Shown piece by piece: positions 1-9,873 of a stretch of 64,000 nt of DNA (the first letter of the stretch is position 1; each line of letters starts with the position of its first letter). Source of the DNA: Burkholderiales bacterium. Its GTDB lineage: Bacteria; Pseudomonadota; Gammaproteobacteria; Burkholderiales; Burkholderiaceae_E. The stretch spans positions 1,311 to 65,310 of the forward strand of contig JANLTP010000064.1 of assembly GCA_031363055.1 (NCBI GenBank), written 5' to 3'. The notes beneath the pieces are model-generated. The model saw nothing but the letters and a program-made list of their open reading frames with translations. It made no database searches and was not told where the DNA came from. Position numbers and translations under genes: made by a program.

Positions 1-2
1 AT

Positions 3-713
3 TTGAAACCCGAGTCGACCTTGAGTCTGGACGTTGGCATCGATCGGCGTTTTTCAGCCGATGAACAGGGACAAGCGCAGGGGCAAGCGCAGGGAAACGC
101 ACAGGGACAAGCGCAAGGTCAGGTCGGCCTGAATCTGTTTGTGCGCCATCAGACCGATGTCATCGCCCGACGATTGTTTGCGCAGGCCGGTCGCTGGTCG
201 CAGCAACCCGATAACGTCGGCGACGCACTGGTGTGGGGTCTGGAGTCCGACCTTCGCAGCGACTTGCGATGGGCCGGTTTCGGTCCGCTATGGACGCTGT
301 CGGCCAATGCCAGCCTGTTGCAGTCCCGAATGCGCAGTGGCGACACCCTGGGCGCGCGCATTCCGGGACAGGCGCGTTATCTGGCGAATCTGAGCATCGC
401 CAAGCCGCTACAGGTTTCGGGCGGCTGGTATGGCGGCGGCACCTTGGCGTTGGTTGGCGACGCCGACCTGACCCAGTCGAGTTCGCCAGGGGTCAGTATC
501 CGCGGCCGTGATCGCGGCCATGCGCAGCTCGATTTATACATTGGCTCGGTCGATACGCGCTGGGGATTCTGGCGGCTGAACCTCTACAACATCACCGACT
601 TCAACAAGAACACCAGCCGCGTCATTGTCGATAGCAACGGCATCGTTTACTCGGACCAATCGCAGCGCCGTCTGACGCCTCGTATCTTTCTGACCTTCGG
701 AACCCGATTCTGA
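3..713 (+). CDS. TonB-dependent outer-membrane receptor, C-terminal part (5' end outside window)
   Basis: The ORF is open from the window edge. It has beta-barrel-like alternating sequence and a terminal ...LTFGTRF with a C-terminal Phe, typical of TonB-dependent receptors. Confidence 0.65.
   Translation: MKPESTLSLDVGIDRRFSADEQGQAQGQAQGNAQGQAQGQVGLNLFVRHQTDVIARRLFAQAGRWSQQPDNVGDALVWGLESDLRSDLRWAGFGPLWTLSANASLLQSRMRSGDTLGARIPGQARYLANLSIAKPLQVSGGWYGGGTLALVGDADLTQSSSPGVSIRGRDRGHAQLDLYIGSVDTRWGFWRLNLYNITDFNKNTSRVIVDSNGIVYSDQSQRRLTPRIFLTFGTRF
69..122 (+). repeat. 12-nt in-frame tandem repeat encoding (GQAQ)n, about 4.5 units
   Basis: Read directly: gga caa gcg cag / ggg caa gcg cag / gga aac gca cag / gga caa gcg caa / ggt cag. 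It translates to GQAQGQAQGNAQGQAQGQ. Confidence 0.9.
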
Positions 714-755
714 CTTCGGCTTAGAATCCGAGCGATAACGTTTCGGAGACACATA

Positions 756-1934
756 ATGTTCAAACAACTTAAAGATGCGCTGACCGATTGGCAAAGCCCA
801 AGCTGGGCGATGGCTCTGTGCGCCACCGCCGCATTGAGCGCCACGCCGCAGTGGGCCCTTGCACAAATCAACATCGGAGTATCGCTGTCCTTGACCGGTC
901 CGGCTGCGGCTTTGGGCATTCCGACCAAGGGCGCGTTCGATCTTTGGCCTGCCGAAATTGCCGGCGAAAAGGTCAACCTCATCGTCATCGATGATGCCGG
1001 CGACCCTTCAGCGGCCTTGCGCAACGCCCGCAAGTTCACCACCGAGGACAAGGTCGACCTATTATTGGGATCAAGCACAACACCGACAGGGATCGCGATC
1101 TCCACCGTCGCGCAAGAGACACAGACCCCGCACATGGCGTTCGCGCCGATTCCGCTGCCGCCTGGAAAATCCGATTATTCGTTTGTCGTCCCGCAATCGG
1201 TGAACCTCATGGCCGCCGCTGTGGTCAAGGATATCAAGGCGCGCAAATTCAAGACCCTGGGCCTGATCGGCTTTTCCGATCCCTGGGGTGAGCAATGGCA
1301 TGCGGAGTTGTCCAAAGGCTTTGAGGGCAGTGACGTGAAGATCGTCGCCAACGAAAAGTATGGTCGCGCCGACACCAGCGTCACTGGGCAGGTTCTTAAA
1401 CTCATATCGGCTGCCCCCGATGCGATCCTGGTAGCGGGGTCGGGAACTGGTGCAGCCTTACCGCAGACCGGCCTCGCCGAGCGAGGCTACAAGGGCCAGA
1501 TTTATCAGACGCATGGCGCTGGTTCGGGCGATTTCCTGCGCATCGCCGGGAAGTCGGCAGAGAACGTCATTCTGCCGATTGGACCGGTGCTGGTGCCGTC
1601 GCAGCTTGCTGATAATCACCCCTCTAAGAAGATCATCAACGAATTCGTGAAAGCATTCACCGCCAAGTTCGGCGAAAAATCACCGGTCGTGTTCGGTGCT
1701 CACGGCTTCGATGCTTTGCAGATCCTGCAACGCGCCGTCCCCGAGGCCAAGAAGGTCGCCAAGCCGGGCACGCCGGAATTTCGCAAGGCGCTGAAAGCGG
1801 CCGTCGAATCGCAGAAGGAAGTGCCAGGGGTCAACGGTGTCTATAACTACACCGCGACCGATCACTACGGACTGGACACCCGCGGTGCCGTGCTGGTACA
1901 GGTCGTCAATGGCGATTGGAAAGTACTGAAGTAA
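756..1934 (+). CDS. ABC transporter periplasmic substrate-binding protein, branched-chain amino acid (LivK/LivJ) type
   Basis: 392 aa with an ATG preceded by GGAGA and a signal-peptide-like N-terminus (…AALSATPQWALAQ). The sequence is type I periplasmic binding fold-like, and liv-type permease and ATPase genes follow. Confidence 0.85.
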   Translation: MFKQLKDALTDWQSPSWAMALCATAALSATPQWALAQINIGVSLSLTGPAAALGIPTKGAFDLWPAEIAGEKVNLIVIDDAGDPSAALRNARKFTTEDKVDLLLGSSTTPTGIAISTVAQETQTPHMAFAPIPLPPGKSDYSFVVPQSVNLMAAAVVKDIKARKFKTLGLIGFSDPWGEQWHAELSKGFEGSDVKIVANEKYGRADTSVTGQVLKLISAAPDAILVAGSGTGAALPQTGLAERGYKGQIYQTHGAGSGDFLRIAGKSAENVILPIGPVLVPSQLADNHPSKKIINEFVKAFTAKFGEKSPVVFGAHGFDALQILQRAVPEAKKVAKPGTPEFRKALKAAVESQKEVPGVNGVYNYTATDHYGLDTRGAVLVQVVNGDWKVLK

Positions 1935-1941
1935 GCCACTC

Positions 1942-2979
1942 TTGGATGCGCAAATTGCACTCTGGTTAATCCAGGATGGTTTGACCAACGGCGCAATTTA
2001 CGCGCTGTTGGGCATCGCCACCGTGCTGGTATTTGCAGTGACGCGCGTTATTTTTGTGCCGCAGGGCGAGTTCGTCACGTTCGGCGCGCTGACGCTCGCC
2101 ATGTTGCAAGCCAACAAGCTACCGGGCTCGGTCTGGTTGTTGCTCTGTATTGCGCTGGCTGTCGCCGGCCTTGAACTCTACGACAGCGTTCGGCGTCAGG
2201 CGCTGCCAGAGTTGCCTTGGCGATTGTTTCGCATTCTGAGCCTGCCGCTGTTTCTGGTGGCGGTTGCCTGGGGACTCGCGGGCCGCGACTTGCCGCTGAT
2301 GGTCGATGTGCTCCTGACCATTGCGCTGATTACGCCGATGGGGCCGCTCTTGTATCGCCTGGTTTATCAGCCGCTGGCCGATGCCTCGGTGCTGGTTTTG
2401 CTGATCGCCTCGGTGGCACTGCATTTTGCGCTGGCCGGACTGGCGCTGGTATTTTTTGGCGCCGAGGGTTTCAAGACGCCACCGTTTACCGACCTGTCCC
2501 TGACCCTGGGGTCAATCAAGATCGCCGGTCAGGCACTCTGCATTTTTGTCGTCACCATACTTTTGATTATCAGCATGGCCGTGGTCTTCGGCTACACGCT
2601 TTACGGCAAGGCGCTGCGTGCCACCGCGTTTAACCGGATCGGCGCCCGGCTGATCGGGTTTTCACCGACCAGCGCCGGGCTCATCACGTTTGCGTTTGCG
2701 GCCTTCCTGGGCGCGGTCTCCGGCGTTCTGATCGGCCCGCTGGTGACGATCTACTACGACAGCGGTTTTATCATTGGCTTGAAGGGTTTTGTCGCCGCCA
2801 TCATCGGTGGGCTCGCCAGTTATCCGTTAACGGCGCTGGGCGCCATTCTGGTCGGCGTGCTCGAGTCGTTCTCGTCGTTCTGGGCGAGTAGCTACAAGGA
2901 AGTCATTGTCTTCACGCTCATCATTCCGGTGCTGATCTGGTTGTCCTTGACGGCCGTTCATCACGAGGAAGAGGAGTAG
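1942..2979 (+). CDS. Branched-chain amino acid ABC transporter permease (LivH type)
   Basis: 345 aa, polytopic and hydrophobic. The N-terminus LIQDGLTNGAIYALLGIATVLVF matches the LivH-type start. TTG start. Confidence 0.85.
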   Translation: MDAQIALWLIQDGLTNGAIYALLGIATVLVFAVTRVIFVPQGEFVTFGALTLAMLQANKLPGSVWLLLCIALAVAGLELYDSVRRQALPELPWRLFRILSLPLFLVAVAWGLAGRDLPLMVDVLLTIALITPMGPLLYRLVYQPLADASVLVLLIASVALHFALAGLALVFFGAEGFKTPPFTDLSLTLGSIKIAGQALCIFVVTILLIISMAVVFGYTLYGKALRATAFNRIGARLIGFSPTSAGLITFAFAAFLGAVSGVLIGPLVTIYYDSGFIIGLKGFVAAIIGGLASYPLTALGAILVGVLESFSSFWASSYKEVIVFTLIIPVLIWLSLTAVHHEEEE

Positions 2980-2985
2980 TACGCG

Positions 2986-4803
2986 ATGACGAGCCGCGGC
3001 ATCTCCTGGCCGGGCTTGGCGCTGGCGTTGCTGCTGGCCGTGTTGCCGCTGTTGCTGCCGCAGTACTACGTGACCTTGCTGAACTACATCGGTCTGTACT
3101 CATTGGTCGCCCTGGGACTGGTTCTCCTGACGGGCGTCGCCGGTCAGACGTCGTTTGGACAAGCAGCGTTTGTCGGAATCAGCGCCTACACGAGCGGCTA
3201 TTTATCGGCCCAATTTGCACTGTCACCCTGGCTTACCTTGCTGGTTGCGCTGTTGCTGGTCGGCTTGTCGGCCTGGCTGATTGGCGCCATCACCTTGCGC
3301 ATGAGCGGCCACTTTCTGCCGCTGGGCACGATAGCTTGGGGCATCAGTCTTTATTATCTGTTTGGTACCGTGCCACAGCTCGGCGGCTTTGGCGGCATGA
3401 GTGATCTGCCGGCGCTCAGCGTTGGCAGCTTCGAGTTGCGTGATTTTCGCCATTTCTATTATCTGATCTGGCTGATCGTTCTGCTCGCGTTGTGGGCCTG
3501 CGGCAATCTGCTCGATTCGCGGCTCGGACGGGCGATCCGTGCGCTCAAGGCACGAGCCTCGATGGCCTCGAGCTTCGGTGTCAACCCTGCCCGACTGCGC
3601 ATCCAGGTGTTTGTGCTGGCGGCGCTGCTGGCGGCGCTGTCGGGCTGGATGTACGCCCACATGCAACGGTTCATCAACCCGACGCCGTTCTCGTTGAACC
3701 AGGGCATCGAATATTTGTTCATGGCGGTTGTGGGTGGCGCCGGCAGTGTCTGGGGGGCGGTGTTGGGCGCCTTTTCAATCACGCTGTTCAAAGAGCTGTT
3801 GCAAGTCGGTCTGCGCGGGCTGACCGGCCAGAGCGGCCCGTATGAGCTCATCGTGTTCGGCATCCTGGTGATCATCCTGTTGCAACGCTCGCGCGATGGC
3901 TTGTGGCCTTGGGTGCGCAAGCTCTTGCCGGCTGCTGCGACCCCGGTGATCGAGGGTGAATCCGGTTTGCCGACGCGGGTCACCACCCAACGTTTTGAGC
4001 AAGCCGCGAAAAGCAGCTCACTCAAGCGCGAGTTGCGCGCCTTGTTGACCGTGACCGATGCCGTCAAGCGCTTCGGCGGTGTGGTGGCCGTCAATCAAGT
4101 CAGCTTTGATATGCCCAGTGGCGCGATTCTGGGCTTGATCGGACCGAACGGCGCCGGCAAGAGCACCCTGTTCAATCTCATCAGTGGTTATGCGCCTTTG
4201 AGTTCGGGCTCGATCCGCTTTAACGGTCAGGCCATCCATGGTCGAAATGCCGATGAAATCGCGCGGCTCGGCATCGCCCGGACCTTTCAACATGTCAAGC
4301 TCATCAGTCAATCGAGTGTGCTTGAGAACGTCATGCTGGGCGGATTCCTGCGCGGTCAGAAGGGTATGGTGGCTACCTGCCTGGGTCTGGATCGAAACGA
4401 GGAGTTGGCACTGCGTCGCGAGGCCGCCAAACAGATTCGCCGGGTCGGGCTGGAGGCCCATCTCTATGAGCCCGCCGGCAGTCTGCCGTTAGGCAAACAA
4501 CGGATCGTCGAGATCGCACGGGCCTTGTGCGCTGACCCGGTGTTGCTGCTGCTCGATGAGCCCGCGGCCGGGCTGCGTTACCAGGAGAAACGGGATCTGA
4601 CGAATCTGCTCACTCAATTGCGTGCCGAGGGCATGAGTATCTTGCTGGTGGAACACGACATGAATTTTGTCATGGGTCTGACCGATCGATTGCTGGTGCT
4701 GAACTTCGGTGAAAAACTGGCCGAAGGCCGACCCGCCGAGATCCAGCGAAACCCGGCGGTGCTTGACGCCTACCTGGGCGGATTGAGCGAGGATGCGGCA
4801 TGA
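2986..4803 (+). CDS. Fused LivM-type permease / LivG-type ATP-binding protein
   Basis: 605 aa. The N-terminal ~330 aa are hydrophobic and permease-like. The C-terminal part has Walker [10 protein letters not shown], signature-like LPLGKQR and Walker [11 protein letters not shown]. Confidence 0.85.
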   Translation: MTSRGISWPGLALALLLAVLPLLLPQYYVTLLNYIGLYSLVALGLVLLTGVAGQTSFGQAAFVGISAYTSGYLSAQFALSPWLTLLVALLLVGLSAWLIGAITLRMSGHFLPLGTIAWGISLYYLFGTVPQLGGFGGMSDLPALSVGSFELRDFRHFYYLIWLIVLLALWACGNLLDSRLGRAIRALKARASMASSFGVNPARLRIQVFVLAALLAALSGWMYAHMQRFINPTPFSLNQGIEYLFMAVVGGAGSVWGAVLGAFSITLFKELLQVGLRGLTGQSGPYELIVFGILVIILLQRSRDGLWPWVRKLLPAAATPVIEGESGLPTRVTTQRFEQAAKSSSLKRELRALLTVTDAVKRFGGVVAVNQVSFDMPSGAILGLIGPNGAGKSTLFNLISGYAPLSSGSIRFNGQAIHGRNADEIARLGIARTFQHVKLISQSSVLENVMLGGFLRGQKGMVATCLGLDRNEELALRREAAKQIRRVGLEAHLYEPAGSLPLGKQRIVEIARALCADPVLLLLDEPAAGLRYQEKRDLTNLLTQLRAEGMSILLVEHDMNFVMGLTDRLLVLNFGEKLAEGRPAEIQRNPAVLDAYLGGLSEDAA

Positions 4804-5576
4804 ACGAGGCACCGCCCAGTGCGATAGCGCCACCCTTGCTCGAGGTCAGCGCGCTCAGTGTCGCCTACGGCAAGGTCGAAGCGGTTCATCAAGTGTCGCT
4901 GCGCCTGAACGCCGGTTCGATCGCTACCGTAGTGGGTCCGAACGGAGCCGGCAAGACGACCCTGCTGGCCGCCATCATGGGTTTGTTACCGTCGCAAGGT
5001 AGCGTGCGCATCAACGGCGTCGAGCAACAAGGCGTGACCGTTGAAGAGCGGGTCGCCAACGGCCTGTCGCTGGTGCCCGAGAAACGCGAGTTGTTTGGTG
5101 AGATGTCCGTGCAAAATAATCTCGAGCTCGGTGCGCTGACGCGCTATCGGCGTGGCGAGCGCGGACTGGACGCCAGCCTTGAATCGATATTTCAGATGTT
5201 CCCGCGCCTGAAAGAGCGGCGCCGGCAATTGGCAGGAACCTTGTCAGGCGGTGAGCGCCAAATTCTGGCCTTTGGCCGCGCGCTGATGGCCAAGCCGCGC
5301 CTCTTGATGCTCGATGAGCCAAGCCTGGGGCTGGCACCGAAGATCGTGCGCGACATTTTTCAGACCATCGTGGCCATGCGCGAACAGGCCATCAGCATTT
5401 TGCTGGTCGAACAGAATGCGCGCGCCGCCTTGCAACTGGCCGATTATGGATACGTCCTTGAAAACGGTGAGCTGGCCCTCGAGGGTCAGGGCAGCGAACT
5501 GCTGGTACATCCGCAGGTGATTGCCAGCTATCTGGGCATCAACGCACCCAAGGTTGACAGCGGTAACGCCCCTTGA
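4800..5576 (+). CDS. Branched-chain amino acid ABC transporter ATP-binding protein (LivF type)
   Basis: 258 aa with Walker A GPNGAGKTT, signature LSGGERQ and Walker B LLMLDEPSLGL. Its ATGA start overlaps the upstream stop. Confidence 0.9.
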   Translation: MNEAPPSAIAPPLLEVSALSVAYGKVEAVHQVSLRLNAGSIATVVGPNGAGKTTLLAAIMGLLPSQGSVRINGVEQQGVTVEERVANGLSLVPEKRELFGEMSVQNNLELGALTRYRRGERGLDASLESIFQMFPRLKERRRQLAGTLSGGERQILAFGRALMAKPRLLMLDEPSLGLAPKIVRDIFQTIVAMREQAISILLVEQNARAALQLADYGYVLENGELALEGQGSELLVHPQVIASYLGINAPKVDSGNAP

Positions 5577-5579
5577 AAT

Positions 5580-6857
5580 GTGTTTGTCGCCGGCGACTTT
5601 CTGTGGATCCTGTTGGCGCAGGCCGGCTCCTATTTATTGCACACGGTGAGCTGGATCTTTGGCGAGCAGGCTGGCTTCCGCGCGTTCGCGCGCTACCTGA
5701 TGTTGTTCACCCGTGATAACCGACACCACGCCACCTTGCTGAACGCCAAGGATGTGCGCGAGAACGTTGAGCCGTTTCTGACCAATGAGACGTTTCATCT
5801 GTTGTTCGAAGCGATGTACGAATTCGAGGCCACGTTGCAGATTGCCTTCGGCCTGCTGCTCAATGCGCTGGTCATTGGCCATGAAATCGACAGCGGTTTT
5901 CCAATTGCTTATGCGTTTATTTTGTTGGTGGTCATGACCTTGCAGTGGACCTTGCGTCGGCCGTTGGCCAATGCGAATCTGAATAACCAGAAGTTCACCA
6001 ATCGGCTGACCGCACAGACCTACACCGCCTGGGACAACATCTTCAGCGGCAACCGACATAACTTCAGGCTTTGGCACCGGGCCTTCAAGCAGCGATTGCA
6101 GCAAGCCTTGAAGGCACAGATTCACGTCATCCTGATGCGCGAGGGATTGAGTTCGGTCAGCGGCATCATCGGACTCGTCATCATCTTTACCACCATGGCC
6201 TGGGTGGTCAGCAAGGACGGCAGCGAAACGGCGCTGTTGGTAGCGATGGCCGCGACCTTGCCGAAGCAGATTTCGCTGACCCATGACGTGCACGGCTTTG
6301 CGATCGGCTGGAATGACCTGCTGGCGCTGTGGACGCGTGTCGGTGGCGTGGTCGGGCACATGCATCCGCAACGGCCTGCGCAGTTTGATGAGCGCATCCG
6401 TTTCGAGCGCCTGACTTTACGCCAAGGCGACACGGAGGTACGGTGCTCGGACATTGAAGATGCGCTGCGCATCGTGCGAATGCAGCCGACCGGGCGCATT
6501 CATGTGCGAGGCGGCAACGGCACGGGCAAGTCGAGTCTGCTGGCTGCGCTGAAGGAGTCGCTGAAGGGGCAGGCCTACTATTGGCCCACCAGTGACTCGC
6601 TGGCGTTTGGTTTTGTCGGGGGTGAGGCGGATGACGAGGACGACGCCGGCGAAGCGCTCCCGGCGAAAACCGGTTATTCCTCGGGAGAGCGGCAGATCCG
6701 CGCTTTGCAAGAGATTGTCAGTGCCACCACCGGTTCGATTTATCTATTCGACGAATGGGATGCCAATCTTGACGATGCCCATCGGGCGCAAGCACTGGTC
6801 TTGATCGAGCGGCTGGCGCAGCGGGCGCGGGTGGTGGAGATCTCGCACCGCGATTAA
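5580..6857 (+). CDS. Membrane protein with a C-terminal shortened ABC-type ATPase domain
   Basis: 425 aa with a GTG start 4 nt after the livF stop. The N-terminal ~270 aa contain several hydrophobic helices. The C-terminus has Walker A GGNGTGKSSLL, signature-like YSSGERQ, Walker B IYLFDEWDANLDD and ISHRD. Confidence 0.7.
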   Translation: MFVAGDFLWILLAQAGSYLLHTVSWIFGEQAGFRAFARYLMLFTRDNRHHATLLNAKDVRENVEPFLTNETFHLLFEAMYEFEATLQIAFGLLLNALVIGHEIDSGFPIAYAFILLVVMTLQWTLRRPLANANLNNQKFTNRLTAQTYTAWDNIFSGNRHNFRLWHRAFKQRLQQALKAQIHVILMREGLSSVSGIIGLVIIFTTMAWVVSKDGSETALLVAMAATLPKQISLTHDVHGFAIGWNDLLALWTRVGGVVGHMHPQRPAQFDERIRFERLTLRQGDTEVRCSDIEDALRIVRMQPTGRIHVRGGNGTGKSSLLAALKESLKGQAYYWPTSDSLAFGFVGGEADDEDDAGEALPAKTGYSSGERQIRALQEIVSATTGSIYLFDEWDANLDDAHRAQALVLIERLAQRARVVEISHRD

Positions 6858-6999
6858 CAGTGCGGGTACGCACAAAAACTCATCTCACCTTGTCTTTATG
6901 CTCGGTATTTGCGGGGCAGGACACTCGGCACGGGTTTGCCGTACAGCAAGAAGATATTTAGACGGCACAGAATTCTGTAACTTCACGAAGGATCCCGTA

Positions 7000-7316
7000 A
7001 TGGGCATATCTGCCAGCGATGTGGTGCCGTTCGCCCAGGCGCGCGCCAATCTGTCCGAACTGGCCGAGCAGGTGAAGGCTGGCGCCGAAATGATCATCAC
7101 CAAGAACTGCGAGAGCTACGTAGCCCTCATCGACGCCGAGAGGCTCGATTATTATCATCGACTCGAGCGCGAGCGCATCCACCTTCTGCCGATCGACGAC
7201 GCCAAGCGCGGCTTGGCCGACATCGCCGCCGGGCGAACTCTCAAGACGCGGACGCCGCCATTGCCCGACTTCAGCAACGCCGCGCCCGGACGGTGCAGCC
7301 GATCGTCGAGGATTGA
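7000..7316 (+). pseudogene. Phd/YefM-family antitoxin, apparently frameshifted and orphan (no intact toxin)
   Basis: MGISASDVVPFAQARANLSELAEQVKAGAEMIITKNCESYVALIDAERLDYYHRLE is a typical Phd/YefM N-terminus. The expected C-terminus DADAAIARLQQRRARTVQPIVED* is readable only in another frame, and the 317-nt span is not a multiple of 3. Confidence 0.7.
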
Positions 7317-7337
7317 TTTTCATGCGTTATGGCAAAG

Positions 7338-8414
7338 TCATCGCGAAGTAGTGGCCAGTTGGCCGCACACAGCTTGTGTAACCGCCACCGTACTCGCCGT
7401 GCCACCCAGATCACGGGTACGTAGTGCCGGGTTTGCGGTGACCTGTTCGATCGCCTCCATGACGCGTTTCGCGGCGTCAAATTCGCCCAGATGTTCGAGC
7501 ATCATGACTACCGACCAGAAGGTGCCGATCGGGTTAGCCAGACCCTTGCCCATGATGTCGAAGGCCGAACCATGGATCGGTTCGAACATCGACGGATAGC
7601 GGCGCTCGGGATCGATGTTGGCGGTCGGTGCGATGCCCAGACTGCCGGCTAGCGCTGCGGCCAAATCGCTCAGAATATCGGCATGCAGGTTGGTTGCGAC
7701 GATCGTGTCGAGCGAGGCCGGACGATTGATCATGCGCGCCGTCGAGGCATCGACCAGTTCCTTGTCCCAGGTGACGTCGGGGAACTCCTGGGCGATCTGC
7801 ACAGCGATTTCGTCCCACATCACCATCGCATGGCGCTGGGCGTTGCTCTTGGTGATGACGGTGAGCAGTTTGCGCGGCCGCGATTGGGCGAGCTTGAACG
7901 CGAAGCGCATGATGCGCTCGACGCCGGCGCGGGTCATCAACGACACGTCGGTGGCAGCCTCGATCGGATGGCCCTGATGGACGCGACCGCCGACACCGGC
8001 GTACTCACCCTCCGTGTTCTCGCGAACGATGACCCAGTCCAAGTCGTCGGGTCCGCAACGTTTGAGCGGGCCGTCGATGCCAGGCAGGATACGGGTCGGA
8101 CGGACGTTGGCGTATTGATCAAAACCCTGACAAATTTTCAGCCGCAGGCCCCACAGCGTGATGTGATCGGCAATGTGCGGGTCACCGGCCGAACCGAACA
8201 AAATGGCGTCCTTGTGACGCAGTGCGTTCAGACCGTCTTCGGGCATCATGACGCCATGCGCTCGGTAGTAATCGCCGCCCCAGTCGAAGTTCTCGAACTC
8301 GAAGCGAAATGACGCGCTACGGCTGGCGAGCGCTTCCAGCACTTGCCGGCCGGCCGGAACCACCTCCTTGCCGATGCCGTCTCCGGGAATGGTCGCGATG
8401 GTGTAGGTTTTCAT
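7338..8414 (-). CDS. Tartrate dehydrogenase/decarboxylase or D-malate dehydrogenase (isocitrate/isopropylmalate dehydrogenase family)
   Basis: The start MKTYTIATIPGDGIGKEV is typical of the TtuC/DmlA subgroup. FENFDWGGDYY is present and the length of 359 aa fits. I chose the internal ATG at 8414 rather than the ORF-track start at 8489. Confidence 0.85.
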   Translation of the reverse strand: MKTYTIATIPGDGIGKEVVPAGRQVLEALASRSASFRFEFENFDWGGDYYRAHGVMMPEDGLNALRHKDAILFGSAGDPHIADHITLWGLRLKICQGFDQYANVRPTRILPGIDGPLKRCGPDDLDWVIVRENTEGEYAGVGGRVHQGHPIEAATDVSLMTRAGVERIMRFAFKLAQSRPRKLLTVITKSNAQRHAMVMWDEIAVQIAQEFPDVTWDKELVDASTARMINRPASLDTIVATNLHADILSDLAAALAGSLGIAPTANIDPERRYPSMFEPIHGSAFDIMGKGLANPIGTFWSVVMMLEHLGEFDAAKRVMEAIEQVTANPALRTRDLGGTASTVAVTQAVCGQLATTSR

Positions 8415-8584
8415 AAACGTTCTCCGAGTGGGTTGATGCCGGGCAGAGTATTGCAGGGTGGCCGAATCGACGGCAAGTCCCGAATCCATCGCCGTTCAAT
8501 GGCATATACTTTTGATTCCGGTGGCGGCGATGCTCAAGGCAGACAATACGCGTTGGGCGCCGCTGATCAAATCAATCGGATTCA

Positions 8585-9820
8585 GTGCCGACTCCTGAGC
8601 CCTGGAAACACCAAAAGAATAGAGTTGCCGTGGCTCAAACCGCTCCTGAACTCGACCTGGATCCGTTCAGCGTCGAACATCTGAGCGACCCGTACCCGAT
8701 GCACGAACGGATGCGTTCAGCCGGCGCCGTGGTCAAGCTTGCGACCTACGACCTGTTTGCCACGGCGCGCCATGCCGAGGTCAGGGCCGTCTTGCAAAAC
8801 CATGAAGTGTTTATATCTTCAGCCGGCGTCGGTTTGGCCAACTTCAACAAGGAGCCGCCGTTTCGACCGAAGAGTCTGATTCTCGAGGCGGATCCGCCGG
8901 CGCACGGCCGGGCGCGCAATCTTCTGGCGCGTATCTTGTCGCCCCGATCGGTTGAGCAATTGCGGGCCGGTTTTATGGCCGATGCCGAGCAACTGATCGA
9001 TCAGTTGGTGTTGGCACGCGACATTGATGGCGCGAAGGATTTGGCTGAAGTTTATCCGTTGAAGGTCTTCCCGGACGCGGTCGGCCTCGACGAAGTCGGT
9101 CGTGCCAATCTGCTGATTTACGGCGACATGATCTTCAACTCGTTTGGTCCGAGCAATGAACTTTTGCAGCGCGCCGCCGCGAACGTCAAACCGGTGACGA
9201 GTTGGATCATGGAGCATTGTCGGCGTGCTGCACTGCGGCCCGGTGGACTCGGCGATCTCATTTACCAGGCGGCCGATGCCGGTGAAATTACGCAGGAGGA
9301 AGCGCCGCTGCTGGTACGATCGTTCCTGTCGGCGGGTGTCGATACGACCGTCAATGGGCTCGGTAACGCTCTGTACTGCCTGGCCCAACACGCCGATCAA
9401 TACGCGAAATTGCGTGCCGATCCGAGCCGGGCGCGTCTGGCCTTCGAGGAAGTGCTCAGGTTTGAGTCACCGGTGCAGACGTTTTTTCGCACCGCCGCGC
9501 GTGATACCGAACTGGCGGGCGTCGCCATTCCTGCCAACAGCAAGATCGTGACGTTTCTGGGGGGCGCCAATCGGGACCCGCTACAGTGGCCGAATGCGGA
9601 TCGTTTTGATATCGAGCGGCGCACCGTCGGCCATGTCGCGTTTGGCGCCGGCATTCATGCCTGTGTCGGTCAGGTGGTGGCGCGCATGGAGGGCGAGTTC
9701 ATCCTGTCGGCGCTCGCACGCAAGGTCAAGCATATCGAAATCGTCGGTACACCCGTGCGACGGTTGAACAACACCTTGCGGGCGCTGGCCAGTTTACCGC
9801 TGCGACTTACCAGCGCCTGA
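8585..9820 (+). CDS. Cytochrome P450
   Basis: 411 aa with the heme-binding loop FGAGIHACVGQ (FxxGxHxCxG) and an EVLRFESP (ExxR) motif. The GTG start is uncertain. Confidence 0.9.
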   Translation: MPTPEPWKHQKNRVAVAQTAPELDLDPFSVEHLSDPYPMHERMRSAGAVVKLATYDLFATARHAEVRAVLQNHEVFISSAGVGLANFNKEPPFRPKSLILEADPPAHGRARNLLARILSPRSVEQLRAGFMADAEQLIDQLVLARDIDGAKDLAEVYPLKVFPDAVGLDEVGRANLLIYGDMIFNSFGPSNELLQRAAANVKPVTSWIMEHCRRAALRPGGLGDLIYQAADAGEITQEEAPLLVRSFLSAGVDTTVNGLGNALYCLAQHADQYAKLRADPSRARLAFEEVLRFESPVQTFFRTAARDTELAGVAIPANSKIVTFLGGANRDPLQWPNADRFDIERRTVGHVAFGAGIHACVGQVVARMEGEFILSALARKVKHIEIVGTPVRRLNNTLRALASLPLRLTSA

Positions 9821-9873
9821 ACGAGGACCGATGTGCAGACCCGCCCCGAGGACCGGTGCAGGAGCGCAGTGTT

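Noticed and set aside
5634-6371. 245-aa minus-strand ORF
   Set aside because: It is antisense to the ABC-like gene, Arg/Gln/His-rich, and has no start context.
6898-7599. 233-aa plus-strand ORF
   Set aside because: Only residues 35 to ~110 look like a real protein, the Phd/YefM antitoxin. The rest is read-through after a frameshift and runs antisense into the dehydrogenase gene.
9821-9873. Near-direct repeat gaggaccgatgtgcag / gaggaccggtgcag between the P450 and aldolase genes
   Set aside because: It is short and imperfect, with no hairpin potential or U-tract. It is most likely a chance repeat in a convergent intergenic region.
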